A stretch of DNA of 64,000 nt, taken from contig CM007992.1 of the NCBI GenBank assembly GCA_002189035.1, forward strand, positions 1,116,001-1,180,000, given 5' to 3'. The translations under genes were made by a program, and so were the position numbers. Positions within the stretch are counted from its first letter, which is position 1, and every line of letters starts with the position of its first letter. This document shows positions 60,660 through 64,000 of the stretch, piece after piece. The stretch is from Utricularia gibba. Its lineage: Eukaryota > Plantae > Magnoliophyta. The notes beneath the pieces are model-generated. The model saw only the letters and a list, made by a program, of their open reading frames with translations, searched no databases and was not told where the DNA came from.

Positions 60660-60737
60660 TAGGGTTTGCTTCCTGGGCCGGCTGCTCTGGAAAATAACAG
60701 AGGAGTCCTTGGGCGGTAATTGGGCTTCTGTGGCCCA
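60660..60737 (-). promoter_or_regulatory. Telo-box plus three site II elements: promoter of the snoRNA cluster
   Basis: AAACCCTA on the minus strand at 60660-60667. TGGGCC at 60674-60679, TGGGCT at 60721-60726, GGCCCA at 60732-60737. Confidence 0.75.
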
Positions 60738-60780
60738 TCACACGGTTTCTCAATTCCCGTTGTTGTTCACCAGACTCTTT

Positions 60781-61723
60781 GAGTAATTTGGCAGAATACC
60801 CCACTGTCAAAAAGTTATTTGCTGAATACCCCACCTTTTTGTAAAATTAGTTGAATATCCCTTACTTTTTTTTTGTTTGTTGAATACCCCTAATTGAGGT
60901 AATAGAAAGAATAAAATAATAAAAATATTTAATATGTTAAAAATAATTACTAAATACATTTACATATATATATTATATATACTTATTTGATGTTTATAAG
61001 TTGTATATAAAACTTTTATTCATGTATTTGAAAATGATAAACTTTAAATATCATTTAATTTTTATATCATAATATAACAATTCTAGTTAATTTTATCATT
61101 AAAAATATTTATGTTTATGTATTTGTAAATTTAATTAAAAATATGAAAAATGTAGAATATATTAAAGAATATATATTATTTTTGTTTATTAAATAATTGT
61201 ATAAATTTGTTGGGATTAAATGTAAAGACGGGCGTAAACACCCATCCCTATGAAACCACACCTTACACGGGTGTGGGTTACACCTTGCACATATGTGGAT
61301 TATATAACTTACGTATGTGGAAAGCATGTATTTTTTTTAATTTTTAAATTTATAATTTAATAAATTATATTTTACGAAATATTATAATTATTTTAAATTT
61401 AAATTAAATTATTTGAAATTAATATTAAATTTATTATTTATTTTGAACATATTTGCATATTTTACTAATTATTTATTTGTATGTTTATAATTTATTGTTC
61501 ATTACATATCAACAACAAAAATTAATTATACATATATATATACATATATATATATATGTAAATAAAATTATATATTATTTTAAATATATCAAATATATTA
61601 AATATATCAAATAGGGGCATTCAACCAACACAAAAAAAAAAACGGGGTATTCAATTAATTTTAGTGGGAGATGGATATTCAACAAATACTTTTTTGGCAG
61701 TGGGGTATTTTGCCAAAGAAGCC
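60781..61723. mobile_element. Non-autonomous Mutator-like element (MULE-MITE), 943 bp
   Basis: Imperfect terminal inverted repeats of about 110 bp (TTTGGCAGAATACCCCACTGTCAAAAAG... versus ...CTTTTTTGGCAGTGGGGTATTTTGCCAAA). 10-bp target-site duplication CAGACTCTTT at 60771-60780 and 61724-61733. AT-rich non-coding interior. Confidence 0.9.
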
Positions 61724-62236
61724 CAGACTCTTTCATTTTGAAGGAGAATTTCCGTTCTGAAGCGCGGATGCCTGCCCTCGTTGTCGTCCTTTGTGAGTTC
61801 TCCTTTACGATTTCGGATTCGGCTCTAGCTTTTCATTTTCTTTTTCTTCGCATTTCGTGTCGTACTGAACCAGTTCTGGCGAATTCGGACTCAGCGTTTT
61901 CGATTTTTTCATGAATGTTGTAAGATTGAGATACGTAGATGTAACGAGGTTTGGAAGATGAAATTAATCAAATAAATTTAGTTGTCGGCTGTGAAGTTGC
62001 TTTTTGTTTCTTTCCCTCATGGTTTGTGTGCTGCTTGAATTCATATATCTTGCTATAAGGTTCTTGCACAGGCATTGTTTGGTTCGCTTCCTTCTCCTTT
62101 TTCTATTTCATTCTTGCTGTTTGTGCCATAATATATATTTCCTGTGCCCCAAAGTTTAGGGTAGTTTTCTGCTGACTGACATCTATTTTTCGGATGGCCA
62201 CCAGACTTGAGCTCCATCTGTTCTGGAAGTGATGAG

Positions 62237-63231
62237 CTACAAAGCTGTTAGCATGAGATAACTGATGCTGATGAGCAGCATGCTGATTGATGCAGATTGT
62301 GCTGAGCTGGGTGGTTCATTATCAGACCCTGTTGGTTGGGAACCCGTGTCTCCTGGTGTGAATGGATTGGTTGTTGTGCTGTGGAAAAATCAGAAATTGG
62401 TTTTTGCTGAATTCTCCCCTTTAAATTGCTGCATCATCACTATAGAGAGCAGAACTCACCTTGGCGGTGCCATTGGTATTGCCGGTGGATTTGTGATGAC
62501 CGGTGGATTATTGATTACCGGTGGATTAGGCATTGTGTTTGTAGTTGCTGATGCAAACCGACAGTTACCGTTGCCTGTACAAAAATGAATGAGAGCTTAA
62601 TGTTAAGCAGATACCAACAGTTTCTTGCAACGAGTTTGAGAAAGTTGCTCACTTGGATCAGTGTTGGAAAGATGAGCTGCTCCTCCAAATGAGCAGCTGG
62701 TGGGAACCGGGTTTCTCTGGTAGTAGCTATTGAAGGCATAAGAAGCATGGTCACGAACTGTATCTGGATCGTGGCAAGGGCCGCCTGGTTGAATTGCCGA
62801 ACAGTCTGCTCCACCAAGGCCACATGCATAGTCGAGAGCTACTTGTAATGCAGCCGGGGAAGCATTAGCACTGGCAATGCACCATTCTCTTCCAGATGGG
62901 GTGGTTGTGGTTGGCCCAGTGGTTGGATTCGCTGCCGGTGTAGTCCCCGGTAAGGTCGGGTTTACGACTGGAACATTTCCCGGTGCTATTTGCCTCTGAG
63001 TGCCCGCCATTTGAACTTGTGGATAATACTCCAGGTTGTCCTCTTGAAATGCTTCAAATGGCATCCTCTCCACGATGGCTGCATCTGAAGATGAATTCCA
63101 TTGTCTGAAACAGCCATTCCATAGCATATAACATCTTTGGAAACAACAAATCAGTTAAACTCACCTGCAACGAAGAAGAAGAAGCCAAGGAAGATGAGGA
63201 CAACTGGAAGACGAGGTAATCTGGAGAGCAT
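62237..63231 (-). CDS. X8-domain GPI-anchored protein (plasmodesmata callose-binding, PDCB-like), 4 exons
   Basis: Exons 63231-63165, 63084-62653, 62574-62460, 62378-62237. Signal peptide MLSRLPRLPVVLIFLGFFFFVA; Pro/Thr-rich linker; X8 domain WCIA...LQVALDYACGLGGADCSAIQPGGPC...HASYAFNSYYQRN...C; hydrophobic C-terminal tail SSAQSASISMLLISISYLMLTAL*. Confidence 0.9.
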
Positions 63232-64000
63232 TTCAATTGCTTTAAAGATTTGAGGTTTCTCTGTCATTTTGTCAGGGGAATGCCTTGGTTTCAATGAAAA
63301 GAAGCAACCAGAATATCTGTATCTAAAGCCACTGATGAGAGAAGGGAATCAATGATTCCGTGAATGGAGGATGAAATGGAAAATGGAATGGAATATACGA
63401 GTAAACTTCCAACAGGAGAGGCATTATCTACAAGAAAAGGAAGAATAAGAAACGAAATCCATTGCTCAAGTAACACAGACCCCCAACATTCCTTTTTAAC
63501 TCCAAAAAGCTGTTCTCAGGGGTGACTCAGAACAGAGTTGTGAACCATTGAACTGTAAATATTGAAGGAATGCAAAAGGAATGATATCAATTCTTGTACG
63601 GGGCACCTCCTTTTGAAGCAAAAGAGCATTCAGAGACCTATAGAAGATGTACTCTGGATCAAGCTCATTCACAGTTGAAGAACTGCATCAAGCAATTGTA
63701 TGGACATTTGGTAAGGGGTCATGAGATACCCATCAAGCAACACCATGCTTGTATTCCCTTTTCATCAAAGTGAATACTTTTTAGTTTGAATCTGTAATTT
63801 AAAGTTGTTTTTTGAATCATTTTAAAATTATACAATTGTTTTATAGAATAATATAAAATTATATTATAAATTTTAATAAAATAAAATATGTATTATGAAG
63901 TTTAATATATTAAATTATTATCTAATTTAATATTATGATATAAATATATTTTTAGAATAAATAAATATTGAATATTATAATTTATTATTTAATCTTTGAA

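Noticed and set aside
62229-62305. C/D-box pattern on the plus strand
   Set aside because: It is the antisense of Ser/Ile-rich codons in the last X8 exon and has no recognisable guide.
63135-63164. 30-nt first intron in the X8 gene
   Set aside because: It is too short for a plant intron and leads to a stop. The acceptor at 63085 gives an 80-nt intron in the correct phase.
20813-63231. A 'branching' gene cluster (NAC1, LAS, cytokinin UGT, PDCB)
   Set aside because: The genes are separated by unrelated housekeeping genes, and nothing in the sequence indicates co-regulation.

Overview
Flowering-plant nuclear DNA: intron-containing genes separated by very AT-rich spacers that carry MITE-like repeats. 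Eleven recognisable protein genes, in order: GIR1-type zinc-ribbon/EAR repressor (+), NOC3 (+), NSA2 (-), miR164-targeted NAC1-like TF (+), CRPK1-like RLCK (+), membrane DnaJ/Jiv90 chaperone (+), LAS-type GRAS TF (+), RraA-like aldolase (-), NIP1 aquaporin (+), EXO1 (-), zeatin-O-glucosyltransferase-like UGT93 (-); plus an X8/GPI PDCB-like gene (-) near the end. There is also an F-box pseudogene. Several items are invisible in the ORF track. (1) A minus-strand polycistronic snoRNA cluster (U31, U33, U51 C/D boxes and one H/ACA) with a telo-box/site II promoter, and a 943-bp Mutator-type MITE with a 10-bp TSD inserted beside it. (2) A spliced uncharacterised gene with four 18-aa repeats and a C-terminal W-x-G-C-C-G-L-F motif. 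(3) Two U12 minor-spliceosome introns in EXO1 (one AT-AC, one GT-AG). (4) A 67-nt intron inside the LAS coding region. (5) Six to eight single-base losses, all in G/C homopolymers, which break NAC1, EXO1, UGT93, the repeat gene and possibly NOC3; this looks like a systematic assembly error rather than real pseudogenisation. I found no CRISPR array, tRNA or rRNA. All analysis was by eye; family assignments rest on remembered motifs and need database confirmation.
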